Of a stretch of DNA of 64,000 nt, positions 1-9,041 are shown piece after piece (the stretch's first letter is position 1; every line of letters starts with the position of its first letter). The notes beneath the pieces were generated by a model, which worked only from the letters and a program-made list of their open reading frames with translations, was not told where the DNA came from and did no database searches. Where the stretch lies: the NCBI GenBank assembly GCA_038204425.1, contig JBBRCZ010000005.1:96001-160000 (forward strand), given 5' to 3'. The stretch comes from Spirochaetia bacterium. GTDB lineage: Bacteria; Spirochaetota; Spirochaetia; DSM-27196; Salinispiraceae. The position numbers were made by a program, and so were the translations under genes.

Positions 1-875
1 GTATTGTGATTTGATCCAAGCTCGAGAACTAAGGAATAGAGTTCTTCTATTCTTTCCCTTAGCGGTATCATGGTCAAAAGACCGCAGTCTTCTCCCAGCA
101 CATATCGATACTTATTGGAAACCATTGTTCCCCAAGGTATGGTAATTGTTGCTATTAGTTTGATTGGTCTGAGCGAAATTCTATCGTGTATCAGTGACCC
201 TATCCTCAAGAGGTTCCTCTTATTAAAGTGACTCAAGTTCTCTAGTACTATGCATGAACTTCTTGAAAGATGCTTAAGATCGGCCAATTTATCTTTCCTT
301 CCATCAAAACAGAGTGGAATGCCCAAACGGTCGTCGCAACTAGCCAAGGCAAGGGCCAAAGTGGTTTTTCCAGTTCCCGACTCCCCTGCTATGAGAACTG
401 GGCCCCAGTCTTTGCTGACATATAGACAGCGTTTGGGGTCTTTTACCTTAATGATTCTTGGTAGTTGTTTGATTCCCTGCAAACCATTCTTTGTCTGGCT
501 AAATGTCCTTTGGCTGCGAGCCAAGACTGACCATAGTTCCACTTTATTGATCGGTTTACAATTGAAGTGTTTTGCGCCTGATATTATTGTACGAGATACT
601 AGACTAGGTTGATTGCTATATGAATATGCAAGTATGGGAAGACATGGAAAACGTTGGGCAAACATACTTAGCAAAAGCAATCCATTGCCGCCTCGATAGT
701 CCGGATCGATGACAAGTAGGGTTGCATCTAGATGATAGCTTTCTGTTTGTAGAAGCATAGAATAGTCGCAAGCTTGCAGATCATACCCGTCTGGTAGAAT
801 CATGTCCAAATAGGACATTGAATCACGGTCGTCGTCAATATAGAGGACAATTTTTTTCGTGCCAAAGCAACCCAT
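1..875 (-). CDS. Response regulator with REC and degenerate sigma54-activator-like AAA+ domain (3' end runs off the window)
   Basis: Absent from the ORF track, translated by hand from ATG 875: MGCFGTKKIVLYIDDD...LLVIDPD...FNCKP (REC), PVLIAGESGTGKTT (Walker A), MIPLRERIEEL (PPLRER-like). No stop before position 1. Confidence 0.8.
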   Translation of the reverse strand, partial: MGCFGTKKIVLYIDDDRDSMSYLDMILPDGYDLQACDYSMLLQTESYHLDATLLVIDPDYRGGNGLLLLSMFAQRFPCLPILAYSYSNQPSLVSRTIISGAKHFNCKPINKVELWSVLARSQRTFSQTKNGLQGIKQLPRIIKVKDPKRCLYVSKDWGPVLIAGESGTGKTTLALALASCDDRLGIPLCFDGRKDKLADLKHLSRSSCIVLENLSHFNKRNLLRIGSLIHDRISLRPIKLIATITIPWGTMVSNKYRYVLGEDCGLLTMIPLRERIEELYSLVLELGSNHN

Positions 876-899
876 ACTTAGATTATTACTTGCTTTTTG

Positions 900-1421
900 A
901 TGAATCGCAACCGTTTTCCGCTTGCTTGTACATTTTTATTTATCTCAACTATACTTGCGCCAATGCTCGGGAACCTTATTTTACTAACGCTTTTAAAGAA
1001 AGAAAAACTCTTTTCTCTGGTTATGGCCGTTATGGCTTACAGTTTACTATTTTTTGCTGACAGTTTTTTTTCCATGTGGTTGTCGACCAAATTTGGAGCC
1101 TATCTCACGATTGCCTTGGTCGCCGCGGCAACATGGCTTCAAGCGTTGGTGATTCTCAGTGGTATCTTAAGGTACCAAAGGTTATTGAACATCAGAATAA
1201 AAATCGCTGACTACCCACGTATGGAGTTTATTCAATTGAGCGGATTGGGTATTTCACTTTTGCTATGCTTGAGCCCTGGTTTTCTGAGCGACGCACTTTG
1301 CTGGCTGATCTACTTGCCGCCTTTTAGACTCTTGCTTGGCCAAGCCTTGTTTAAGAAATATCAAGCCAGCTACACAGCCACCTACGAATTGTTAAGTAGC
1401 GAAGACCATCCAAAACTATAA
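900..1421 (+). CDS. Hypothetical membrane protein
   Basis: About 173 aa with several hydrophobic segments; fills the gap between divergent and convergent neighbours. Confidence 0.6.
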   Translation: MNRNRFPLACTFLFISTILAPMLGNLILLTLLKKEKLFSLVMAVMAYSLLFFADSFFSMWLSTKFGAYLTIALVAAATWLQALVILSGILRYQRLLNIRIKIADYPRMEFIQLSGLGISLLLCLSPGFLSDALCWLIYLPPFRLLLGQALFKKYQASYTATYELLSSEDHPKL

Positions 1422-2213
1422 CTCTCTAACCGCGCGTGTCCATAATATGAGCCAATGGAAGTACATATAGATAACCAAGCGCGTGATTCTCCATGGCCTT
1501 TTGACACTCTCGCGATAAAACTCGCGACCCTTTCGGAAAGAAACCAAGCTGGGTCTTTTTTTTCTCGCAATAATATAGTCAAAGAACTCAGAACTCCAAA
1601 GTTGAATGCCGCGTTGAAAAAAACCTCTATTTCGATAAATCCATAACATTTTCCCTTTGATTCCTGGTCCACACAAGAGCAAGTTTGGAGAAGACTTATT
1701 CACCGCGGTGACAATATTTCGTTCCATCTGTCGTGGATAGTTTCCAGTGTAACGGCCAAGTATAGAAGAGCCTGGAAATGTGTGCTTGATGTTATTTTCA
1801 ATATTCTTAAGCGATGGTTGGCGATCTCCAAGCAGAAAAATACTGCCCTTGATCGACTCGAGAACGTTTAAGACTCTTATCAAGAACTGAAACGGTGGAT
1901 AGCGTGGAACATCTAGGTGATGAAGTTTTTTGGCAGCATGTTTAAGTCCCATTGAAACTGGAACAACCAAGGCTGCATTGTTGAGACACGTCAAGAGTTC
2001 CGGATTTCTCCTTGCTCGCATAAGGTCCAGGGTCCTTAAATATACTATCTGATTGCTCCCTGGCCTCTCCAAAAGAATTTTGATGACAGCTTCAAGGCTT
2101 TCATTTGGAACTATGTCTACTGGCACTCCCAGAATTCTAACTCTCCTGATCTGAGACAAGACCGGTGATGTTTCAACAACTTTCATGTTTAGTTTAACTC
2201 CCGCAAAATCCAA
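1416..2213 (-). CDS. WecB/TagA/CpsF family glycosyltransferase-like protein (divergent)
   Basis: RVRILGVPVD N-terminus, SIFLLG, GRYTGNY, INKS-like PNLLL and RPWRITR C-terminal motif. Confidence 0.8.
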   Translation of the reverse strand: MDFAGVKLNMKVVETSPVLSQIRRVRILGVPVDIVPNESLEAVIKILLERPGSNQIVYLRTLDLMRARRNPELLTCLNNAALVVPVSMGLKHAAKKLHHLDVPRYPPFQFLIRVLNVLESIKGSIFLLGDRQPSLKNIENNIKHTFPGSSILGRYTGNYPRQMERNIVTAVNKSSPNLLLCGPGIKGKMLWIYRNRGFFQRGIQLWSSEFFDYIIARKKRPSLVSFRKGREFYRESVKRPWRITRLVIYMYFHWLILWTRAVREL

Positions 2214-2992
2214 TCCGTACGCTCTCTTGAAAGTGCATTAATAGTAGAAAGGGCAGCTATCGCTGCTGTTTCGGTCCTCAAAATAGTGGAACCCAGACTA
2301 ACACAATAATATCCATAGGACAAAAACAATTCAACTTCTCTTGTGGAAAAACCACCCTCGGGTCCAATAAGCGCCATCACGCGAGTCGGAAGGCCATCAA
2401 GATATCGGTGTAGACTAGATTGAGCAAGATTGTTTTCGTAAAAAAGCAAGCCAAGATTGTTTTTATCGCCCACGAACTGGCGAGCGAAGTCATCTGACTT
2501 GAGTGGACGGTTGATAAACGGCAGCCTTGGATTGTTTGATTGTTGACAGGCCTCTCTGGCAATGGCTACAAGGCGGTCGTGCTTACTCTGCCAACGTGCA
2601 TCAAAATCGGCAATTGCATAGTCAGATTGTAGAAGGTGAATACCAGTTACGCCCAACTCCGTGGCCTGCCGAACTATGTCATCGAGCTTTTTTCCTTTTG
2701 GTAGGGCCTGTACCAACTCAAGAGAAAACGGTACTTGCTGGGATTTTTTTTTATCCGAGCTTTGATTTGGGGTTTGATCTGCGTCTATAACTGGTCCACT
2801 GCTGTTTTCTAGTAGGCACCATTTGTCTTCTGCGTTTACCAAACGAGCTTCAAAAACTCGCCCGTTTGGGTCCCTACAAACAAGTACCGTGCCCAACCTC
2901 GTTCTTCTAACATTGACCAAATAGTGGGCCGTCTTCTGATCAAGAGTCCAGAGCCCTCCTGTTGGGGCTCCGACTAGTAATAGTTGTTTCAA
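2189..2992 (-). CDS. rsmE: 16S rRNA m3U1498 methyltransferase
   Basis: HYLVNVRR, QATELGV, EACQQS, IGPEGGFS and LGSTILRTETA motifs. Confidence 0.95.
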   Translation of the reverse strand: MKQLLLVGAPTGGLWTLDQKTAHYLVNVRRTRLGTVLVCRDPNGRVFEARLVNAEDKWCLLENSSGPVIDADQTPNQSSDKKKSQQVPFSLELVQALPKGKKLDDIVRQATELGVTGIHLLQSDYAIADFDARWQSKHDRLVAIAREACQQSNNPRLPFINRPLKSDDFARQFVGDKNNLGLLFYENNLAQSSLHRYLDGLPTRVMALIGPEGGFSTREVELFLSYGYYCVSLGSTILRTETAAIAALSTINALSRERTDWILRELN

Positions 2993-4548
2993 GGATTTCG
3001 GGGACTGGGCAAGGTGCTTCTTGTGTCTACTGTGCTGCTAGTCTTTGTGGCAGCTGGTCTAGCACGAATTAATTTCTCAACATCGCCTGCCTTTATGATC
3101 TCCAAGGCTTTTTGCAGTTCCAAGTCGTATTCCAGATCATAGACTGGATTCTGATTGTTCTTGCGTTCCACTTCTAGGCGTATGAGCCGTTTGATAAGGC
3201 GTTCGGGAACCTTAAGTCCTTGTCGATTTAAGTCAACGACAAAAGCATTGATAGTAGCCGAACTAGGTTGCTGATTGTTTTCTACAAAATTCTTTACTAG
3301 ACTCTGTTCTTGAATCTTGACCAGAGCGAGTTCTTCGTCTCGACTAAGCACTGGTTCGACAATTTCTACATCCGGTGATATTCCCACTTTATCAATGGTA
3401 ATGTCCGCCGGAGTGTAGTAACGAGCTATGGTCAATCTAAAGCCACTTGCTCCGAGATCTCTAACACTTTGTACTGATCCTTTGCCGTAGGTCTTGCTTC
3501 CCACAAATAGGGCACGATTGCGATCCTTCAGTGCACCTGCCAAAATCTCAGATGCTGATGCACTTCCTTTGTTAATCAAAACAATCAAAGACACGTCAGA
3601 AGCAATCATTTGACCTGCCGTCGCTCGGAACACTCTATTCTCACTCGCTATTCTGCCCTTGGTGCTAACCAAAACACCGTCAGAAAAGAACAAATCGGCA
3701 ACATAGACTGCACCGTCCAAGACACCACCGGGATTGTTTCTAACATCAAAGATCATGGATTTGTAACCCTTGCTCTTCAACTCGGTGAGGTGCTTCTTTA
3801 ACTGTTCTATGGTTTTTGGCGTAAACTCAATTAATCGCACATATGCGACATCACCAATCATGGCACTCTTAACGGTAGGGATCTGGATGACCTCTCTAAC
3901 TAGAGTTACCTTAAAGTCCATCGACTTACCGCGAAAAATTCTTACCACCACGGAGGTGCCTACTCTGCCTCGCAGACGACTTACAGCTTGATCGGTTTCC
4001 AGCTCAGTGGTTGATTTATCATCTATTTCAACAATTAGGTCGCCACTCAAAAGGCCGGCACGGTAAGCTGGCGTGCCTTCTATAGGTGCGGAGACTTCAA
4101 TAAATCCATCCGGGAGTGCACTGCCATCTGGTTTTCTTTGTTTATTGATATAGAGACCCAAACCACCAAATTCCCCAGTGGTAACGTCGGTCAGACTGCG
4201 CCAATCGGCTTCGGGCAAGTACATAGAAAAAGGGTCGCCCAGTGCTTCAAACATTCCTTTGATGGCACCTTGTATTAGTACTTCTCCGTCAACCTTGTCT
4301 ACATAACTTTGTTGAATCAACTGATATATTGCCTGCAAAGTACCAAAGTAGTCTTGAATTGATAAGTTTCCGCCGCTTGCGACTTGGTCTTTATTACCTT
4401 CAAAAGCAAAAAGCACCGGGCTCAAAGCAGTAAATAGAATAACGAAAAACAATACGGCGCCAATGCCTACGCCGAGGACTGTTTTTCTTCGCTTTTTAAC
4501 GGCAACAATTTCATTGGATAATTCAATATCCTTGTTTTGATCACTCAT
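2989..4548 (-). CDS. ctpA: S41 family carboxyl-terminal processing protease (PDZ + peptidase)
   Basis: GEFGGLG PDZ entry, DVRNNPGG, SASASEI catalytic Ser, TYGKGSVQ. Start moved to ATG 4548. Confidence 0.92.
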   Translation of the reverse strand: MSDQNKDIELSNEIVAVKKRRKTVLGVGIGAVLFFVILFTALSPVLFAFEGNKDQVASGGNLSIQDYFGTLQAIYQLIQQSYVDKVDGEVLIQGAIKGMFEALGDPFSMYLPEADWRSLTDVTTGEFGGLGLYINKQRKPDGSALPDGFIEVSAPIEGTPAYRAGLLSGDLIVEIDDKSTTELETDQAVSRLRGRVGTSVVVRIFRGKSMDFKVTLVREVIQIPTVKSAMIGDVAYVRLIEFTPKTIEQLKKHLTELKSKGYKSMIFDVRNNPGGVLDGAVYVADLFFSDGVLVSTKGRIASENRVFRATAGQMIASDVSLIVLINKGSASASEILAGALKDRNRALFVGSKTYGKGSVQSVRDLGASGFRLTIARYYTPADITIDKVGISPDVEIVEPVLSRDEELALVKIQEQSLVKNFVENNQQPSSATINAFVVDLNRQGLKVPERLIKRLIRLEVERKNNQNPVYDLEYDLELQKALEIIKAGDVEKLIRARPAATKTSSTVDTRSTLPSPRNP

Positions 4549-4572
4549 TGTACCAATGTAACTTAGAGCACC

Positions 4573-4601
4573 TTGACTCGTCCAGTCTGTCAACCTACTA
4601 T
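4573..4601 (+). promoter_or_regulatory. Sigma70-type promoter
   Basis: TTGACT-N17-TACTAT, ending 9 nt before ATG 4611. Confidence 0.6.
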
Positions 4602-4610
4602 CAGAGAATA

Positions 4611-5051
4611 ATGAGAAATCCTCGCTTTGCGCTTATCTTTACTGCTGTATGGAACATGGTTCGATTTACTTTGGTTTTTGTGTCCATCACCTGGCTATTG
4701 CCAAGCAATGGAATGGACTATCTATCGCTATTGGTTCTGTGGTTTGGGACACCCGGCTTAGTAAGTGCTGCACTTGCACTATTTACTCTGGCTAGGCCTG
4801 ACGGGACTGAAAACAGCGTGCAAGCTATTCGATTGGTACTTGTCATCGATTCTATTTTGACATTAGCGCTTTTGATTGTTCGCATGCTTAGTCACCTAGA
4901 CGCTGAGCTTTCTTATCGCTTGGCCCTAAACTCAGAATCAAGTATTTTTTCGCCTGATTTGGTGATCATGATTCTTAGCCTAATTGCACATTGCGTAAAT
5001 ATCATCCTACTTTCTCGATACCTTGCAAGAAAAACGGAGCGCGTTCAATAA
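4611..5051 (+). CDS. Hypothetical membrane protein (about 4 TM)
   Basis: Hydrophobic ORF whose stop overlaps the next ATG (TAATG coupling). Confidence 0.65.
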   Translation: MRNPRFALIFTAVWNMVRFTLVFVSITWLLPSNGMDYLSLLVLWFGTPGLVSAALALFTLARPDGTENSVQAIRLVLVIDSILTLALLIVRMLSHLDAELSYRLALNSESSIFSPDLVIMILSLIAHCVNIILLSRYLARKTERVQ

Positions 5052-6196
5052 TGCACATTATTCCTGTTGCAAGTGGCAAAGGCGGTGTCGGCAAATCATT
5101 GTTTTCTGCCAACCTTGCTATTGCCTTAGGACAAGCGGGCAAGAAAGTCATCTTAGTAGACCTCGACCTTGGCGGCTCTAATCTTCATTTGATTTTGGGC
5201 ATTCGAAACGTCAAAAAAGGGATCGGCACTTTTCTTACCGACCAAAAAGGTGGAATTGAAGACACCATTTTGGATTCGGGATTTGAAGGCGTTAGCTTTA
5301 TCCCTGGTGACGCTGAGATACCCGGAATCGCCAATCTCACTCAGACTCAAAAGAAGAGACTGATAACTAAACTGAGTGCGCTAGATGCGGACTATTTAAT
5401 TTGTGACCTCGGCGCGGGCAGTGGCCTCAATACCATAGACTTTTTTTTGACGGCTGCGCGCGGCATAATCGTGACCAATCCGAGTCCCACTGCTTTGGTC
5501 AACGCTTACTTGTTTTTGAAGAACTCGGTCTTTAGAATCATCCAATCTGCCGTAAAAAAGGGCAGCAAAGCGGATGTCTACTTTAAAAACTTACAAAAAG
5601 AAACGGGTTCGGTCCAAAGGGTCTATATCCGCGACGTAATGGCAGAAATTGCCCGCGTTGACCCCGAAAGCCATGCCAAAATCAGCAAAACCCTTGGCAA
5701 ATTTCAGCCGCGTTTAGTTTTGAACATGTTAGAAGATCCAAAGGATGCCGACAAAGCCCACAAACTAAGACGTTCTTGCCAGCAATATCTCGGAACCGAG
5801 ATGGAACATTTGGGCATAATGTACCGAGACGAGCTCCAAGACACGGCACTAAGGTCGGGGCTACCAATCATCAAATACAAACCCAAGGCTGTTTTATCTC
5901 AAGCAATCTATCGTATTGCTGAAAAACTTCTGCAGAATGAACTTGAATATACAGAAGAAAGCTTGGACCTCGACACCTTTGACCTCAGTTTTGATACTGC
6001 CGAGATGGAAGCCGAAGTCGACTTTCAAAGCCGAGTAGAATACTTGGAAGACTTGCTCGATACAGGTACGTTGAGCACCGCCGACCTTATGGAAACAGTT
6101 AAAACTCAACAATTGGAAATAAGTCACCTAAGAAAGGAAAATATGTTCTTAAAATCTCGTATACTTAAAGCTGCAGATCAAGGCTTCAAACTTTAG
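5051..6196 (+). CDS. FlhG/MinD-like P-loop ATPase with C-terminal acidic/coiled-coil extension
   Basis: IIPVASGKGGVGKS deviant Walker A, DLDLGGSNL, DLGAG. Start at ATG 5051. Confidence 0.88.
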   Translation: MHIIPVASGKGGVGKSLFSANLAIALGQAGKKVILVDLDLGGSNLHLILGIRNVKKGIGTFLTDQKGGIEDTILDSGFEGVSFIPGDAEIPGIANLTQTQKKRLITKLSALDADYLICDLGAGSGLNTIDFFLTAARGIIVTNPSPTALVNAYLFLKNSVFRIIQSAVKKGSKADVYFKNLQKETGSVQRVYIRDVMAEIARVDPESHAKISKTLGKFQPRLVLNMLEDPKDADKAHKLRRSCQQYLGTEMEHLGIMYRDELQDTALRSGLPIIKYKPKAVLSQAIYRIAEKLLQNELEYTEESLDLDTFDLSFDTAEMEAEVDFQSRVEYLEDLLDTGTLSTADLMETVKTQQLEISHLRKENMFLKSRILKAADQGFKL

Positions 6197-6214
6197 ACAA
6201 CAGGTACAATGTAA

Positions 6215-8986
6215 ATGGCAAAGCAAGATTTAGAAAACCCAGCGAGTCTATCTCCGGAACTCGATGAACAAAAAAAGCCTGCTGATTCAGATGCCATTGC
6301 AGGCCAAACCCAGGAAGCCGCAGCCAAAGCGATAGAATCGCCAACCCAACAGTTTGAGTGGGCCGAAACAAGTGTTCCTGAGAACTTAAAAGCTATTCTT
6401 GGCAAGGCACTAGAATCAGCCGCGGCACCACTTTTTGAACAAGAATTTGTCTCAACAAAAGAAATTGAAGTAAGCAGAGTTGTCAAAGGTCGACTGCCTT
6501 TTTTGCCAAGCAAAGAAGAAAAGGTAAGCACCACACTTAGTGAGACCAAAAAACTAATTGTAGAAGTTAATTCAAAAGTGCTATCGCATAATTATTTTGA
6601 AAAAGGTGCCGTACTTGGTCGCTTTGCCGAGGCTCAAACTAGCCAACCAGAAAGTTTTCTTGTCGGCAAAAACTTAGAAAGAAACGGCTCCACTGTGCGG
6701 GCCTTAGTCTCTGGGATAGTAAGACTTGGTTCCAACTGGATTGACCTAGTGCCCTTAGTAGACCATTCTTGGTCATTGAGTCAGTCTGAAGACAAATCTT
6801 GGTGTTACTTTGATTTTGCACCAGGATCGAACCTTATTGAAGCGCCAAACGCGGATGCAGTTCTTCTTGCTGCTAGGCAACTTGGCTATAAGCCAGAAAT
6901 GCTTTTGCAGTCCGCTTGTCTTGGATTTTTGATCCAGAATGCAAGCTTAACTGGCAACGCTCTGGTCAAACACAACTTGGGCCTTAATCAAGACTCAGTG
7001 TGGCAGATCTGCGTCAGCAAGGACAACCTTAAAGCAGTCTTAAATTGCATGAAGGCCTTTGGCGATGGCAAGGCGCTGGAACTCAAGGCTCTTGGATCAA
7101 CACTCAATGCAAGCAATGTAAAATACTCAAAAGATAAAGTTAAAAAAGACATTATGAATTGGTACAGTTCTAACGAAAAGTACTTAGCCTCATATTTGTT
7201 GGCCGAAGGAAAACCTGCAGAAACGGCACCCGCTCAAACTCTCAGCATTAACGCCGACGAATTTGACAAAAAATTGGCCCCTCAGCTTTTGGAGACTATA
7301 AAGAAGTCTGGTCTACCACTTTCCCTTAGTTCAGTATTTCCTTGTTCTGCGATAGTGGGACTATATGCGGTGGCCAAGGATCAAAGACCACTAACTCTTG
7401 GTCCTTTGCTTGCTGGAAAGCCGGGCATGGATGTCTTTGGGAAGATAGTACCAGCACTTGAGACTAAAAAGGTTGACCTGAAGCTCTTTGGTAGTCTCGA
7501 ATTAATGGGAAGCAACTTGATCAGCGTCAAGAGCGCAGGGATTTTGGCCCTAGCAAAAGAAAACGACAGGTATTTTGCGGCCTGCTTTCCCCACGCGGAC
7601 GCAGAAGTTCAAGTTCAATTAAGTGATGATCGATTGCTCGCCTGGATTAGTGTTTTTGCGCGGCTTGGATTGGGCAAAGGCTTAAGTGCAAGTGACATCA
7701 ACGCTGCCTTGGATAAGGCGGGCGTAAAGAAAGGTATTAACCAAGAGGTTCTACAAGCAATTGTTTCAAAAGCAAGCACGGGTGAGGCAATATCCAGGCT
7801 TGAAATTGCGCAAGGAAAGGCGGCTTCTGGTGGTAGCGAAAACCAGATCAACTATCAGATTCAATTTGCTAGCGGTCAGAAGGTTCGCCAACGATCAGAT
7901 GGCAGCATTGATTTTCGCAACCAAGATCGATATACCACAGTAAGCAAGGACGCTGTAATCGCTGAGATGGCACCGCCCACAGAACTTCCAAGTCCTGGCT
8001 TTGACGTTACCGGCAAAGAGCTTGCTCCTGTGGTCGATCCAAGTTTAGCTCTGATAATTGGCAAGGGTATTAAGGTAAGCAAAAGAGAAGACGGCATAAG
8101 CATTTTGGTGGCCGAATATGACGGCGAGTTAATAAGAGAAAAAAATAGCATTAGCATAAACCCTGCGTTCACTATAAAGGGAAACGTTGACACCAGCACC
8201 GGTAATATTAAGTTTCCAGGCGCCGTTTCGGTTACCGGTGACGTAATGTCTGGTTTTAGTATCGTCTGTGGAGGTGAGATTAAAATCGGCGGAAGCGTTG
8301 AGGCAAGTCTCTTGAGTTCGGAGAGCGATATCTTGATCCAAAACGGGGTCAAAGGCGCCGGCAAGGCACTACTTCGTAGCAAAAAAAATGTCGGTGCCGG
8401 CTTTATCGAGCTTTGTACCATCATGGCCGTTGGAGATATCCATATCAAGAAGGCACTGCTGAGATCCAAGGTTAAATGCAATGGAAAAATAGTTAGTCCC
8501 GACGACGCCCACATATTTGGTGGTGAGATCAACGTCAGGTCCGGTCTGCACGTGGGCAACTTGGGCAATCAAACTGGTGTGAGAACCAAAGTATTTTTTG
8601 GCCAAGATATCTTAGTAGCCGACCAGATAAGTGTAGAGGAAAAGGAAATTGTAAAGATTCAGAACGAACTTGTCTCAATCAATTCATCGATGATCAATGC
8701 TCAAAAAAATGCCGACAAATCCCTGATGCAGTTGCTCATTAATCGAAAAGTTTTGCTTATGAAGGCCTTAGAAAAGAGAAATCTGCGGCTTTTTACGCTA
8801 AAAGAGCGCTACGAGCAACACTTTGACTCAGAAATCGTGGTAAAAGGTACCTTATGGCCCGGTGTGGTGATAGAAAGCCACGGTCGTCTTCATGAAGTTT
8901 CAAAACCGACCAAAGCGGTCAAAATCGTTTTTGACACGGCAACCGGTCATATTGTAGAAAGTCCCATCGGCCAGAAGCCCAGCTAG
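6215..8986 (+). CDS. FapA (DUF342) family protein, long form
   Basis: DGSIDFR, GFDVTG, GNVDTSTGNIKFPGAVSVTGDV beta-helix region, coiled coil, VKGTLWPGVVI. Confidence 0.88.
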   Translation: MAKQDLENPASLSPELDEQKKPADSDAIAGQTQEAAAKAIESPTQQFEWAETSVPENLKAILGKALESAAAPLFEQEFVSTKEIEVSRVVKGRLPFLPSKEEKVSTTLSETKKLIVEVNSKVLSHNYFEKGAVLGRFAEAQTSQPESFLVGKNLERNGSTVRALVSGIVRLGSNWIDLVPLVDHSWSLSQSEDKSWCYFDFAPGSNLIEAPNADAVLLAARQLGYKPEMLLQSACLGFLIQNASLTGNALVKHNLGLNQDSVWQICVSKDNLKAVLNCMKAFGDGKALELKALGSTLNASNVKYSKDKVKKDIMNWYSSNEKYLASYLLAEGKPAETAPAQTLSINADEFDKKLAPQLLETIKKSGLPLSLSSVFPCSAIVGLYAVAKDQRPLTLGPLLAGKPGMDVFGKIVPALETKKVDLKLFGSLELMGSNLISVKSAGILALAKENDRYFAACFPHADAEVQVQLSDDRLLAWISVFARLGLGKGLSASDINAALDKAGVKKGINQEVLQAIVSKASTGEAISRLEIAQGKAASGGSENQINYQIQFASGQKVRQRSDGSIDFRNQDRYTTVSKDAVIAEMAPPTELPSPGFDVTGKELAPVVDPSLALIIGKGIKVSKREDGISILVAEYDGELIREKNSISINPAFTIKGNVDTSTGNIKFPGAVSVTGDVMSGFSIVCGGEIKIGGSVEASLLSSESDILIQNGVKGAGKALLRSKKNVGAGFIELCTIMAVGDIHIKKALLRSKVKCNGKIVSPDDAHIFGGEINVRSGLHVGNLGNQTGVRTKVFFGQDILVADQISVEEKEIVKIQNELVSINSSMINAQKNADKSLMQLLINRKVLLMKALEKRNLRLFTLKERYEQHFDSEIVVKGTLWPGVVIESHGRLHEVSKPTKAVKIVFDTATGHIVESPIGQKPS

Positions 8987-9041
8987 TCTCGGTGTTAACT
9001 GCAGACTAAACTTTGTTTCAAGCGAATAAGGAGAGAAGAGA

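Noticed and set aside
250..612. 120-aa plus-strand ORF
   Set aside because: Antisense shadow of the REC-AAA+ gene; VVFPVPDSP is the reverse-strand reading of Walker A.
7876..8568. 230-aa minus-strand ORF
   Set aside because: Fully antisense to FapA and without recognisable motifs.
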